From positions 1 through 64,000 of the IMG/VR virus record IMGVR_UViG_3300035179_000003: a DNA stretch of 64,000 bases. One strand, given 5' to 3'. Source of the stretch: a virus. The notes below the pieces were generated by a model. It was given only the letters and a program-made list of their open reading frames with translations, had not been told where the DNA came from and did no database searches. The first letter of the stretch is position 1, and each line of letters starts with the position of its first letter. The position numbers were made by a program, and so were the translations under genes. Shown here piece by piece: positions 1 to 9,794 of this stretch.

Positions 1-214
1 AAATTCAAAATCAAAATCATTAAAATCAATTTCAAATCCCTCACCTAGTTGTGCATATGAACCTTGATTAACGCCATCTCCACTGGAAAATTCAAAATCA
101 AAATCATTAAAATCAATTTCAAATCCCTCACCTAGTTGTGCATATGAACCTTGATTAACGCCATCTCCACTGGAAAATTCAAAATCAAAATCATTAAAAT
201 CAATTTCAAATCCC
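1..214. repeat. 87-bp exact tandem repeat, ~2.5 copies (29-aa in-frame unit)
   Basis: Identical units start at 1, 88 and 175. Confidence 0.95.
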
Positions 215-228
215 AATGTTTCTGCCAT
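1..228 (-). CDS. N-terminal part of an acidic repeat protein (runs off window edge), probably virion-associated
   Basis: ATG at 228 follows the stop of 232..1623 in a TAAATTATG junction; reads MAETL then GFEIDFNDFDFEFSSGDGVNQGSYAQLGE repeats with no stop before base 1; absent from the ORF track. Confidence 0.6.
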   Translation of the reverse strand, partial: MAETLGFEIDFNDFDFEFSSGDGVNQGSYAQLGEGFEIDFNDFDFEFSSGDGVNQGSYAQLGEGFEIDFNDFDFEF

Positions 229-231
229 AAT

Positions 232-1623
232 TTAAACCAATGATTCTGTGTGTAAAATTAAATGGTTAGCACTTGATGACCCGTTGGCATTATTTAATTT
301 TAGATATTCTTTAGTATTAATTAATCTCCAATCAAGCATCTGAGCCATTGATCCAAAAGTAAAAAATATGTTTTTTACTTTTCCGTAAAATCTATTCATA
401 GATGTTAAGGAATTTATATTATTAACATATTCCGATATTACTGGTTTCATACAGGCATACAATCCATTATCATCTGGAGATAATCTATTACTAGTCCATG
501 GAGAAAATGTAACAAAATAAATCTCGATATATATTGAGTTTCCTGAATTTTGTGGGCAAAACTGATACGTATTAGTAGGATCTGAAACATACGGAATTTG
601 ATCACAATAATATGACGTATTGGTTGTCGATCCGGTACAATAAAACCTGTGCGGATACGCTCCTATGATTGCTCCTATAGTCATATTATTCCACAACTGT
701 GTCAGTGTTATTGTATCTAAGCCATTATCTTTTGCTTTAATTTTTACATAATTGACATAGTTTCTATTGTTAAAATCATATATATAATAATAATTTCCAA
801 CAGTAAATAATGATGCTTCTCCTGTATCCAATTGAACTACCACGTCAGTTCCAAGTGATATGTTGCCTTGTACGTTTCCAATAATTCCTGGTGCTTCTAC
901 AAATTTAGTTATCCCTTCCCATTCATCAATAACTGTATATGTCCAATCGGTAGAAATTCTTGATGATATAGCCATACATTCATCGCCGCCACGGAAATCA
1001 TAAGCAAAAGAACCGGAGTCAACTGTATTGATTCTGAGAATAGACCAAAAACCCCTAGGAGTTTTATTTGTGTCATCCCAAGATAAATAAGACCAAATTC
1101 TAATGTATCCAGAATCACTGGAAAAATAATTTATTTTTAAAATTTTAGAAACCTCATTTACAGTAGCGGGTACTGTCGGGGCAACTATAATATAAGGACC
1201 CTGAAGTATAAGTGTATGAGTTCCCGCAGGAAAACTGGTTAAATTTATTGGCGTAGTGCCAAGAGTTGTCGCCCCGCTTTGTGTCGTATGCAACGTAAAT
1301 GTATCTTTATCAATTTTCTTAACATAATAAGTATTACCTGATGATATACCACCGATTGGTGTTGCGCTGCAAGTATAAACTACTCCCTCAGATGTATAAA
1401 ACTCATGATCGACGGAGGTTAAAACTTCCGTACCGGTATCAACGGCTGTGATTGTTTTATCTACCGGGAGCGTACTTCTATCAAGAAGAATTTTCCAATT
1501 AGGACCACCGGCAGCCGCATTTTTAACAACCCAGGTTTTAAATTTTGCACAAAATCCATCAACATCAACATCGGCAAAACCTCTTCCAATACATGCGCCA
1601 GACTCAATTTGAAAAATTGCCAT
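232..1623 (-). CDS. Virion/tail-associated protein
   Basis: Contains a small beta module common in phage tail proteins (HEFYTSEGVVY...GISSGNTYYVKKIDKDTFTL); coupled downstream of the tail fibre gene. Confidence 0.55.
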   Translation of the reverse strand: MAIFQIESGACIGRGFADVDVDGFCAKFKTWVVKNAAAGGPNWKILLDRSTLPVDKTITAVDTGTEVLTSVDHEFYTSEGVVYTCSATPIGGISSGNTYYVKKIDKDTFTLHTTQSGATTLGTTPINLTSFPAGTHTLILQGPYIIVAPTVPATVNEVSKILKINYFSSDSGYIRIWSYLSWDDTNKTPRGFWSILRINTVDSGSFAYDFRGGDECMAISSRISTDWTYTVIDEWEGITKFVEAPGIIGNVQGNISLGTDVVVQLDTGEASLFTVGNYYYIYDFNNRNYVNYVKIKAKDNGLDTITLTQLWNNMTIGAIIGAYPHRFYCTGSTTNTSYYCDQIPYVSDPTNTYQFCPQNSGNSIYIEIYFVTFSPWTSNRLSPDDNGLYACMKPVISEYVNNINSLTSMNRFYGKVKNIFFTFGSMAQMLDWRLINTKEYLKLNNANGSSSANHLILHTESLV

Positions 1624-1626
1624 AAT

Positions 1627-4326
1627 TTAATCCCTTGCTAGTCCAATTGTGACACTTAATCCGTAAGGGGGTAATATGCTGTGTACAGATTTGACGTCAA
1701 TAAAAAGCAAATCCCCTGTTTGAACATATTTATTTGATAAATCTACCACCCCATTGATGGAAAAATAATCTGTTGTTATGTTACAAGTAGAACTAAGCAT
1801 ATTAATATCAACGCTTGATCTATTTTTTCTTACTTGTACACTTGTCATACCCCCAACACCTTTTACAAATACTCTTGCGATTACTCCCGTTAAATAATAA
1901 CCATTAAATTCGACAGGAATAACGAATCCGGTTATACCATCGGAAATCAAAACAATATCACTTGTGTCAAAAATATGAAAACAAACTCCAGAATTAGTGG
2001 TTATAACATTATTTCCAGACAATAATCCTGCCGCATCATTTTTTACAAATCCACCGGCTCCAGCCATACCGGGTATTTTTACATATCCTAAAGCTGCAAC
2101 TGCATAACATAATAAAGTATTAGTATCGACGCCAGAAGCATCCGACAAATTCAATTTCCATTTACTTAAATAATTAGGTTCGCCATTACTTGCACAAGAA
2201 AATTCATGGTATCCTAAAGTACAAGGGGTTCCATCGGCAAAATAACCCTTACCATAAATTCTTGATTCACGTTTATCTTCGGCATCGGAAGCTATTGTGT
2301 TGGTCATATAAAAATATGGTGCTGGTGCATTATAATAAATGTATTCACTGCCTGTATTATAATTTACTTTTAATAAATCTGATGTTGTCTGACCATTTAC
2401 GGAAAAATAACCGGAAATCTTATTCAGATTAACAGTAATACCAGTATAATTAGCCGATAATATATTATAAAAGGAAATCACATTTCCAGCGGTTCCTGAT
2501 ATCGCTGTATAAAAATCATGACCACCTGCCGTTTGCTTATAAACAGATGCAAATGAACTAGCTTTATACTTCCATTCTGTTGCTCCTGTTTGAATTGCAT
2601 TTACAGCTAAATCTAAATGATTTGCATAATTACTAATTGATGATGCCGAGGAACTTCCATAAAATTCTAGTATCGAATTTACACTTACGTTCCATGTGGA
2701 ATCAGGCGTACAATTTATTCCTAATTTGCCAGTATTAAATCTGAATGCCGTATCCGCGTCAAAATCCAAATACCCATCATTCTTAGAACTGATATAAAGT
2801 GCTGTATCTCTGAATTGGAATTGACTTGTAGTGGGTATTTGTAAATTACTCGACGCTTCGGTTATAACGCTATCAGCCAATCCAATTGCCGCGAACTTTG
2901 CCAACTTCCCCGCAGTCCCCAGGTTTCCCAAATCACCGTTTACAACATTGTTATTACCCGACAACAATCCGTTCGCCGCGTTCTTGACAAACCCACCCGC
3001 GCCTGCCATACCGGGAATCAATATCAGTCCTGTTGTCCCTAACGTAAATGCGGTCAATATAGGTATTTGCGCATTCGTGCTGTTGCTCACATATAGTCGC
3101 CACTGTGATGTGTAATCGGGATTGCCCTCGCCCTGGTAAGAGAACTCATGGTATCCCAACGTGTGCCCCGTTCCCTCGGAATTGAATCCCATGCCATAAA
3201 TACGGGATTCTCTTCCTCCGGGCACGTCCTCGCTTACCGTATTTATCAACTTTACATACGGTTCAAGTCCTCTGGCTGTATATGTGGCTATGTTAGCATC
3301 AAAAGTAAAGTTGTCTATCCAAGTAACCGCCGTACCTACTGTTCCAGTTCCTCCATACGCAAAATATAAACTACCTGCCCTTAAATGTACCTTGTGAGCA
3401 ACACTACTTGAACTATTAAAAACCCAACCGGTATCTGGATCAGCGCCGGTTTGGGTAGCCCCCTTTACTAGTCTCCAACAATCTAACAAATTAGTCAAAC
3501 TTACGTTTCCGATTAATCCGTATAATTCCATCACGGTAAGCGAACTATGCCAGGCAGATGGAGTACAGTTAATTCCGAGTTTGCCTACAATACCTACACC
3601 GGATACATTAAAATTTCCTGTTTGTTGCGTTCCTGGAGTTGATGCTTGTAATTTAACATATGAATAAGGTAAATCGGTTTCCTGAATAGGGCCAAAACCA
3701 AAAGTAGTAGCACCGGTTGCTCTCAATACATTACCAGTTGTTAAACCACTTGCCGTATGTAATGGACCATCTATTTTATGTGCAGTAGGAATAAATGAAA
3801 ACGTGCTCCATACCGATCCATCAAATTTATACCAGACGTCTTCGTCTTTTACCCATGTGGCGAATCCTTCTATGGGAGTAATTTCATAATATATAATCGA
3901 AGGATCAACCTCAGTACATTCATAAATTCTATTTATGACCCATCCATTTGCCGTAGCAGTAGAGATATAGCGTTTTTTGATAACGGGATTTGCCGGCAAG
4001 CCTGTCGTTGGGTTGTATCTACTTTCTACGGGCTGCTGCCATACGCTTTCATAATCATATTCCAAACGTTTCCATCTACCGGTATCCGGATTGGAATTTG
4101 GCTTAATAACATAAAAATTATCATCTGCAGCATCTGAATCGGGATCAAAATAATATTTACCATCACCGCTATCCCCTACGGTAATCTGTCCCTTTGTAAG
4201 AACGAGATTATCTTCGTTTCTTTGTTCCGGGGTAAGTTGTGGCAGGGTAATTTTAAGATGGCGCAATTGTTCTACATTATCTAAAACGACGACGCCCATG
4301 AAATAAGGTTGATCAAAAATGCGCAT
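1627..4326 (-). CDS. Tail fibre protein with DUF2793-like N-terminal region and internal duplication
   Basis: WQQPVESR..P..RYI...W...P.EGF.TWV.DED..Y.FDG.W pattern; Gly/Thr/Asn-rich; duplicated KLGINCTP...RESRIYG...TLGYHEFS...IPGMAGAGGFVKN module. Confidence 0.75.
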   Translation of the reverse strand: MRIFDQPYFMGVVVLDNVEQLRHLKITLPQLTPEQRNEDNLVLTKGQITVGDSGDGKYYFDPDSDAADDNFYVIKPNSNPDTGRWKRLEYDYESVWQQPVESRYNPTTGLPANPVIKKRYISTATANGWVINRIYECTEVDPSIIYYEITPIEGFATWVKDEDVWYKFDGSVWSTFSFIPTAHKIDGPLHTASGLTTGNVLRATGATTFGFGPIQETDLPYSYVKLQASTPGTQQTGNFNVSGVGIVGKLGINCTPSAWHSSLTVMELYGLIGNVSLTNLLDCWRLVKGATQTGADPDTGWVFNSSSSVAHKVHLRAGSLYFAYGGTGTVGTAVTWIDNFTFDANIATYTARGLEPYVKLINTVSEDVPGGRESRIYGMGFNSEGTGHTLGYHEFSYQGEGNPDYTSQWRLYVSNSTNAQIPILTAFTLGTTGLILIPGMAGAGGFVKNAANGLLSGNNNVVNGDLGNLGTAGKLAKFAAIGLADSVITEASSNLQIPTTSQFQFRDTALYISSKNDGYLDFDADTAFRFNTGKLGINCTPDSTWNVSVNSILEFYGSSSASSISNYANHLDLAVNAIQTGATEWKYKASSFASVYKQTAGGHDFYTAISGTAGNVISFYNILSANYTGITVNLNKISGYFSVNGQTTSDLLKVNYNTGSEYIYYNAPAPYFYMTNTIASDAEDKRESRIYGKGYFADGTPCTLGYHEFSCASNGEPNYLSKWKLNLSDASGVDTNTLLCYAVAALGYVKIPGMAGAGGFVKNDAAGLLSGNNVITTNSGVCFHIFDTSDIVLISDGITGFVIPVEFNGYYLTGVIARVFVKGVGGMTSVQVRKNRSSVDINMLSSTCNITTDYFSINGVVDLSNKYVQTGDLLFIDVKSVHSILPPYGLSVTIGLARD

Positions 4327-4403
4327 ATTAATAATATATATTAATTAAACAGGTTGTTTTAATAAAAAATATGTAATAACCATTATAGGAAAGGTAGGTT
4401 TTT

Positions 4404-4769
4404 ATGCTTGTAACTAATATTATTATTATTATTATTTTATTTTTATGTATTTATTTTTTAATTAAAACAGTTAAATCTTCACGTCAAGATTTTAAGTATT
4501 TAAATGAAGATTATGCCATAGTCAGGGGAGATTTGGAAGAATGGAAAAAAAGATGCAACGCCCTCGAAGACTCCGTAGAACATGGTTTTGGAATCAAAGT
4601 AAGAAATGAGGTCACAAAAATTGATTGTGAATTTTCAAAACTGGAAATGGTAATGATCATCGCCGGTATTGAAAAATTGATTAAAGATTCAAAACACATA
4701 GATGATACAGAAATTTATATTAATTTTTTTAAAAAATTAAACATACAACTTGAAATGATGGAGGAATGA
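4404..4769 (+). CDS. Hypothetical protein with N-terminal membrane anchor
   Basis: Hydrophobic N-terminus IIIIIILFLCIYFLI; upstream AGGAAAGGTAGG RBS; first gene of the rightward block. Confidence 0.7.
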   Translation: MLVTNIIIIIILFLCIYFLIKTVKSSRQDFKYLNEDYAIVRGDLEEWKKRCNALEDSVEHGFGIKVRNEVTKIDCEFSKLEMVMIIAGIEKLIKDSKHIDDTEIYINFFKKLNIQLEMMEE

Positions 4770-4773
4770 AAGA

Positions 4774-6777
4774 ATGGCAATTACATATGACCATGTCTAT
4801 GTAGATGTAGAAACTACCGGATTGGATCCAAGGGTTGATGAGGTTATTGAGGTTACCGCAATTGAATACAATCTCTCTGGAGAAGTCGGTAAATTAATTA
4901 CTTATATGTGCCGACCGATGTCCGGGCATGTTCCTAAAAAGGTTACCGATATTAATGGTATTACTTATGATATGGTTAAGGAAAAGCCATATTATTTAAA
5001 AGATAGCATCAGGGATGAGGTGGCGAAATTTATTGCACGAAGAACGTTGGTTGGACATAATATCAACTCGTTCGATATTAAATTTTTAAAAATTAAACCG
5101 TTAAAAACAATCGACACCTTAACGATTTCAAAAGAATTATTCCCCCGATCACGTCATAGTTTGGGTTTGATGTGCGAAAAACTTAATATTAAATTTGATA
5201 AAAAAGAAGCGCATAGGGCCGAATATGATGTTAGAAAAGGAGTTGAATTACATTTGAAACTAAATAAAATCTTAATCGATAAAAGTAAAAAAGAAGAAAA
5301 TCTTCCAATTTTTTCTACGGAAAAAGAACAAATTGAAGAATCGATTAAAATTAAAAAAATCGGAGTTATACCGACCGAAGAAGATAAACAGTTTTTTTAT
5401 ACACAATCATATTCATATTCAAGAATCAAGACGTTTCATGAATGTCCGTTTAAATGGTATATGTTGTATATAAAAAAGGTGAAAGAGCCGGAACGCGATT
5501 ATCTTGTTGTCGGAAATGCTTGTCATAAAATAGCTGAAGAGGCCGGCAGATGGTGTTACAAAGAAACCATTGTCAATAAAATAATTTCTTATAAAGGACG
5601 AGATTTAACGTTTGATCCGCATATAATATTCGACGATCCATCTAAAATATCAGAATATTTTCCTGGTTGTAATGGATTATATGATCTTGTTCATAAATTA
5701 GATAGCTCGATTACCGATTATGAAAAAGTGTCGATGCCCGATCGGGAAACTTATGATAAAATTACCAATTCCATCATAGCCAGATTAAGTATTACCGATA
5801 TCAATATTATTGGCGAGATTAAGTATATAATGAATTGGTTTTATATTAAACGTAATTTTTCAATTTCAATGAATGGCGTATTAATAATGGAAAAAAAATT
5901 AGCGTTTGATAAAGACTGGAATATCATAAATGATTTTTTTGCCAATAATGTATTCTTTCGTGGTATTATCGACGTCATTAAATATGATCATAAAGTTGTA
6001 GTCATTATTGATTATAAAACTTCCAGGACTATGATAAAGGAAGAAGAATTGGAAAATGATATGCAATTAAAAATGTATGTCATGATGGTTTATCATTTTC
6101 TTCCTCGCAATAGTTATACAAAAATTATAATTAAAATTGATTATATTCGTTTCTGTAAAGAAATTGTTTATGAAATCGGTGACGTTGAAAAATATGTTAA
6201 TGAGGCGAAACAATGGGTTAAAGATTCAATTAAACTCATTGAAACCCATATTATCAATAAAGATGGAACTGCATTCCAGCCAAAACGAAATGAGCATTGT
6301 GGAACATGTTTTCTTGGCGAAGATGGTATTTGTCCGTTATTCAATAAAAAGTTCATTAACGATATCGGCGATCCGTTTAATTTTATGATTAGATCGGCAG
6401 AGGACTGTGTAGCGGCTTATAAAAAAGCAGAAGTATTGGGCGCTGAATATGCCAATCTAATAAAAAAGTGTAAAGAATTTGTTAAAACAAGCGATCTTCC
6501 GATTATCATTGATGAAAATGCGCGTCTTGGATTTTATACAAAATCAGGAATTGATATATCCGCCGAAAAATTTGTTTTACTTATGTTAGGAAAAAATTTT
6601 AAATTGAGCGATTTTATAAAAGCATTCGGCGTGACCAAAACAAGTCTGGAAAAAATCCAGAAAATATTAAAAATTACTTTGAGCGATGCCGAGATAGAAT
6701 CTATTGGTGAAAAAACTAATAGAATAGAATTTAAAGCATTGACTCAGGAAGAAATTAACAAATATATAAATATATGA
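4774..6777 (+). CDS. DnaQ-like DEDDh 3'-5' exonuclease fused to PD-(D/E)XK (RecB/AddB/Cas4-like) nuclease
   Basis: N-terminal DVETTG, GHN..FD, HRAEYD motifs; C-terminal SYSRI..F..CP, GIID, IIDYKT, QL.MY and CxxC-x6-C cysteines. Confidence 0.9.
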   Translation: MAITYDHVYVDVETTGLDPRVDEVIEVTAIEYNLSGEVGKLITYMCRPMSGHVPKKVTDINGITYDMVKEKPYYLKDSIRDEVAKFIARRTLVGHNINSFDIKFLKIKPLKTIDTLTISKELFPRSRHSLGLMCEKLNIKFDKKEAHRAEYDVRKGVELHLKLNKILIDKSKKEENLPIFSTEKEQIEESIKIKKIGVIPTEEDKQFFYTQSYSYSRIKTFHECPFKWYMLYIKKVKEPERDYLVVGNACHKIAEEAGRWCYKETIVNKIISYKGRDLTFDPHIIFDDPSKISEYFPGCNGLYDLVHKLDSSITDYEKVSMPDRETYDKITNSIIARLSITDINIIGEIKYIMNWFYIKRNFSISMNGVLIMEKKLAFDKDWNIINDFFANNVFFRGIIDVIKYDHKVVVIIDYKTSRTMIKEEELENDMQLKMYVMMVYHFLPRNSYTKIIIKIDYIRFCKEIVYEIGDVEKYVNEAKQWVKDSIKLIETHIINKDGTAFQPKRNEHCGTCFLGEDGICPLFNKKFINDIGDPFNFMIRSAEDCVAAYKKAEVLGAEYANLIKKCKEFVKTSDLPIIIDENARLGFYTKSGIDISAEKFVLLMLGKNFKLSDFIKAFGVTKTSLEKIQKILKITLSDAEIESIGEKTNRIEFKALTQEEINKYINI

Positions 6778-6947
6778 GAACGATAAATATTTTTATTTTA
6801 TTATTCATAATTTTTTTTTTCACAATATCTGCCCCGTTATATGCCGTCTTAAGTATTTTTAAACTTCCTGAAGCATTTTTAAATTCTTTATATATCGGCA
6901 TTGGATGTGGTTTATTTATGGCAATTTATTTTTCAAGGAAATTATGA
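6774..6947 (+). CDS. Small two-helix membrane protein (57 aa), not in ORF track
   Basis: MRTINIFILLFIIFFFTISAPLYAVLSIF...LYIGIGCGLFMAIYFSRKL; ATGA start/stop overlaps with both neighbours (6774-6777, 6944-6947). Confidence 0.7.
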   Translation: MRTINIFILLFIIFFFTISAPLYAVLSIFKLPEAFLNSLYIGIGCGLFMAIYFSRKL

Positions 6948-7414
6948 AGTATAAAGAATACGCCAAAACATATCATGAAATTGTAGATACTACCCGAGTC
7001 TTAAACATAAAAAAAAGAAATCTTGAAGAGTTGATAAATGAATTAAAAGAAGATGGAAAATACGGACTGGAATTTACTAGTCATGGATTTTCCCAAATCG
7101 CGGAAAAACTTGAAGATCTTGCGGGGGATAACCAAATGATTTATAATGATGTTATAAGGCCAGATTCTCCGCAAGATGCATTGATAATTCCGTCAAATCT
7201 TAAATCATTTGTTATTAGTTTATTATCAATGGCTCTTGAAGAGGGTAATGTCGTAGAAAAGGATTCACGAACAAAAGGTAAAGAATTTCACTATATAACT
7301 GTTATTAAAAAATGGTTAATAAACAAAAAGGTGATTGAATTTACCTGTATTGTAGAGAATAACTGTATTAAAACGGGGTATTTTAATTATGTTGATTTTA
7401 CCGGGGAAAAATAA
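6944..7414 (+). CDS. Hypothetical protein
   Basis: Track ORF 6905..7414; start moved to the coupled ATG at 6944 (AAGGA upstream). Confidence 0.65.
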   Translation: MKYKEYAKTYHEIVDTTRVLNIKKRNLEELINELKEDGKYGLEFTSHGFSQIAEKLEDLAGDNQMIYNDVIRPDSPQDALIIPSNLKSFVISLLSMALEEGNVVEKDSRTKGKEFHYITVIKKWLINKKVIEFTCIVENNCIKTGYFNYVDFTGEK

Positions 7415-9155
7415 GGATGAATTAATTGTTGCGTGTAACGATCGTGATAAACTCGCCATAATTCAAGCTGTTACCGATGGAAGAAAAGTACGCGGAAACA
7501 ATCAAATCATTATTCATAAAAAAGCTGCAGTTAATCTTATACGGATGTTTAACGATATTCAATATCAAGATACTCAATTGATAGTTAAACATGCGTGTGA
7601 ATTATATACCGTAAGAATTGATAATATGAAAATGATAAAAAAATCCGACGGAACGAAATTTAATTATGATTATAAAGGAATTTATCCTGAAGTAATGAGA
7701 CATCAGAAAATAATGTACAATGCGATTATGTATACTGATTGCTGTGCGCTTCTCGCTGATCCCGGAACGTGTAAAACAGGTCCGTACATTTGGGCGATCG
7801 ATCGGCGTATTAAAGATGGGAAAATAAAAAGATGTCTTATTATTACGCTTTCTTCTTTAAAAGAAAATGTATTACGGGAAATTTCCATTCAAGCACCTCA
7901 TTTAAAGGCGGTTGCTATTTATGGTAAAGCAATAGCCGATAAAATAATTAATAAAAAATATAAAATTAAAAAATATAATCAGGATTATGACGTTTATATA
8001 GCGAACTATGAAAGTATGTTTGGCCTTGTCGAGATTTTTGATAATGATTTTTTCGATATGGTTATCTGTGATGAGGCTCATAGAATAGGATCTCCGCAGG
8101 CACGACAGACAAAATCAATTATTGATAAATTTGAAAATGTCAAATATAAATACATCATATCGGGAACGTTAAATGCCAATAATTTAATGTCATTTTTTAT
8201 GCCATTCAGATTTTTAGGCGCGGATACGATACCAGTGTCTAATTATAATGCTTATCGCGCCCAGCATATGTTTACCGTTGATCCTGACGGAGGATATGTG
8301 TGGAAGCCGAGAAGCGAAAATGATATTCAATATACTTCAAAAATTATCGGACTCATTTCGCTTTCTTTTAAAAAAGAAGAATGCATCGATCTTCCCCCTT
8401 TGATTCGGGAATATATGTATTGTACCATGTGTGGAGAACAACGAAAAGTGTATGAAGACTTAAAGAATGAATTTCTGGCGATTATTGATGATATGTGTAA
8501 AAAGTGTGATCGTTTTAATAATTGCAATATGCAATGCCAGGGAGAATTAACGGCAAAAAATGCCCTGGTATTAACCAGAAAATTACAACAAGTCGCTTCC
8601 GGATATTATATCAATACCCGATTTTTGATTAATGAAGATGGCAGCGAAATTGATATGAGGAATATTATTTATTTTGAATATAATGCTAAATTGCAATTAC
8701 TTCTTGAAGTTATGAGAACCATTCCGGATGGGAGAAAAACGATTATATGGAGTTATTCCATCCCCGCTTTGGAAATTATTAAAAAAAACGTAGAAATTGA
8801 GTTTGGAGACGAATCATGCCTTACCTGTTATGGGAACCAAGACGCTTTTAAGCAAATTAATATATTTAGGGAAAATGAAAAAATTAACTGGTTGATAGGA
8901 AATCCTGCCAAAATGGGTTCCGGTCACAATATTCAGTTTTCAAATTTTCAAATATTTTTTGATAATTCGTTTTCATATATCATGAAAGACCAGGCGGAAA
9001 GCAGGCAATATCGCCAGGGACAAAAAGAAAAAGTGACTGTAATTGAATTAATAACCAGGGATACTATAGACGAAAGGGTGGTTAGGGTTATCGATGATAA
9101 AAAGGATTTGTCTTTAACATTATCGCAGTGGGCCCAGGTATTTAGAAGGGAATAA
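7389..9155 (+). CDS. SNF2-family (SF2) helicase/ATPase
   Basis: DPGTCKT Walker A variant, DEAH, SGT, G.GHN, QAESR.YR.GQ motifs. Confidence 0.92.
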   Translation: MLILPGKNKDELIVACNDRDKLAIIQAVTDGRKVRGNNQIIIHKKAAVNLIRMFNDIQYQDTQLIVKHACELYTVRIDNMKMIKKSDGTKFNYDYKGIYPEVMRHQKIMYNAIMYTDCCALLADPGTCKTGPYIWAIDRRIKDGKIKRCLIITLSSLKENVLREISIQAPHLKAVAIYGKAIADKIINKKYKIKKYNQDYDVYIANYESMFGLVEIFDNDFFDMVICDEAHRIGSPQARQTKSIIDKFENVKYKYIISGTLNANNLMSFFMPFRFLGADTIPVSNYNAYRAQHMFTVDPDGGYVWKPRSENDIQYTSKIIGLISLSFKKEECIDLPPLIREYMYCTMCGEQRKVYEDLKNEFLAIIDDMCKKCDRFNNCNMQCQGELTAKNALVLTRKLQQVASGYYINTRFLINEDGSEIDMRNIIYFEYNAKLQLLLEVMRTIPDGRKTIIWSYSIPALEIIKKNVEIEFGDESCLTCYGNQDAFKQINIFRENEKINWLIGNPAKMGSGHNIQFSNFQIFFDNSFSYIMKDQAESRQYRQGQKEKVTVIELITRDTIDERVVRVIDDKKDLSLTLSQWAQVFRRE

Positions 9156-9159
9156 GATA

Positions 9160-9336
9160 ATGAAAAAATTTATTATTCTATTGTTATTAATTACATCATG
9201 CGGATATAGAATTGTTATAACCGAATCACCAAAATACACATATGATAATTGTAGGATCATAAAAATAAAACAATATAAAAAATTGGGAGTTACTTATTAT
9301 AAAATATTGATTAAAGAGGAAAGGTGTGAAAAATAA
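9160..9336 (+). CDS. Small putative lipoprotein (58 aa), not in ORF track
   Basis: MKKFIILLLLITSC: basic N-region, hydrophobic core, lipobox-like Cys; fills the gap between helicase and 9326. Confidence 0.65.
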   Translation: MKKFIILLLLITSCGYRIVITESPKYTYDNCRIIKIKQYKKLGVTYYKILIKEERCEK

Positions 9337-9595
9337 AAAAATTTATTTTGTTGAATATCAAAAAATGAATAAAAATAAAAAATGGTCAAATATAAAATCT
9401 TTAAATATTTTATCAGAAAATGATAAAAGTGTTATTAATAAATTTAAATTATATTTTGCTCCTGGAGAATATCAAATATCTATTCATATAAATGAACTTG
9501 CAAATAGATCTGGAATAATATTTGAGAATATAAAAAGTGGTGGTATACTATGCTTGACCGGTACCGGCATTAATGAAAGAATAATAGTAAAATGA
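9326..9595 (+). CDS. Hypothetical protein
   Basis: GTG start after GAGGAAAGG; packed in operon. Confidence 0.55.
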   Translation: MKNKKIYFVEYQKMNKNKKWSNIKSLNILSENDKSVINKFKLYFAPGEYQISIHINELANRSGIIFENIKSGGILCLTGTGINERIIVK

Positions 9596-9605
9596 AAGAA
9601 AAATT

Positions 9606-9794
9606 ATGGCATTAAAAAGGGTTTGTGATTTTTGTAATAAACAAATTATTAATATAGAAAAAACCATTTTTATATATAAAAAAAAGAAATTCAGAGTTGC
9701 CATTCTTAAAATTAATATTCAAAATGGTTTACGTTGGAGAGAAGCTGATATATGTGAAAAGTGTTTTAATAAACATGTAAAAGGAAGATTATGA
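9606..9794 (+). CDS. Small zinc-finger protein
   Basis: CDFC...DICEKC pairs. Confidence 0.65.
   Translation: MALKRVCDFCNKQIINIEKTIFIYKKKKFRVAILKINIQNGLRWREADICEKCFNKHVKGRL

Noticed and set aside
1-214. Possible CRISPR array
   Set aside because: Head-to-tail identical 87-bp units with no unique spacers, in frame in a CDS
1230-1460. Beta module in 232..1623 of a type sometimes auto-annotated as an E1 FCCH-like domain, as part of the Ubl system
   Set aside because: This module is common in phage tail proteins and is not linked to the operon
1627-4326. Diversity-generating retroelement target in the tail fibre
   Set aside because: No reverse transcriptase in the window, and the duplicated segments differ at all base types, not just adenines
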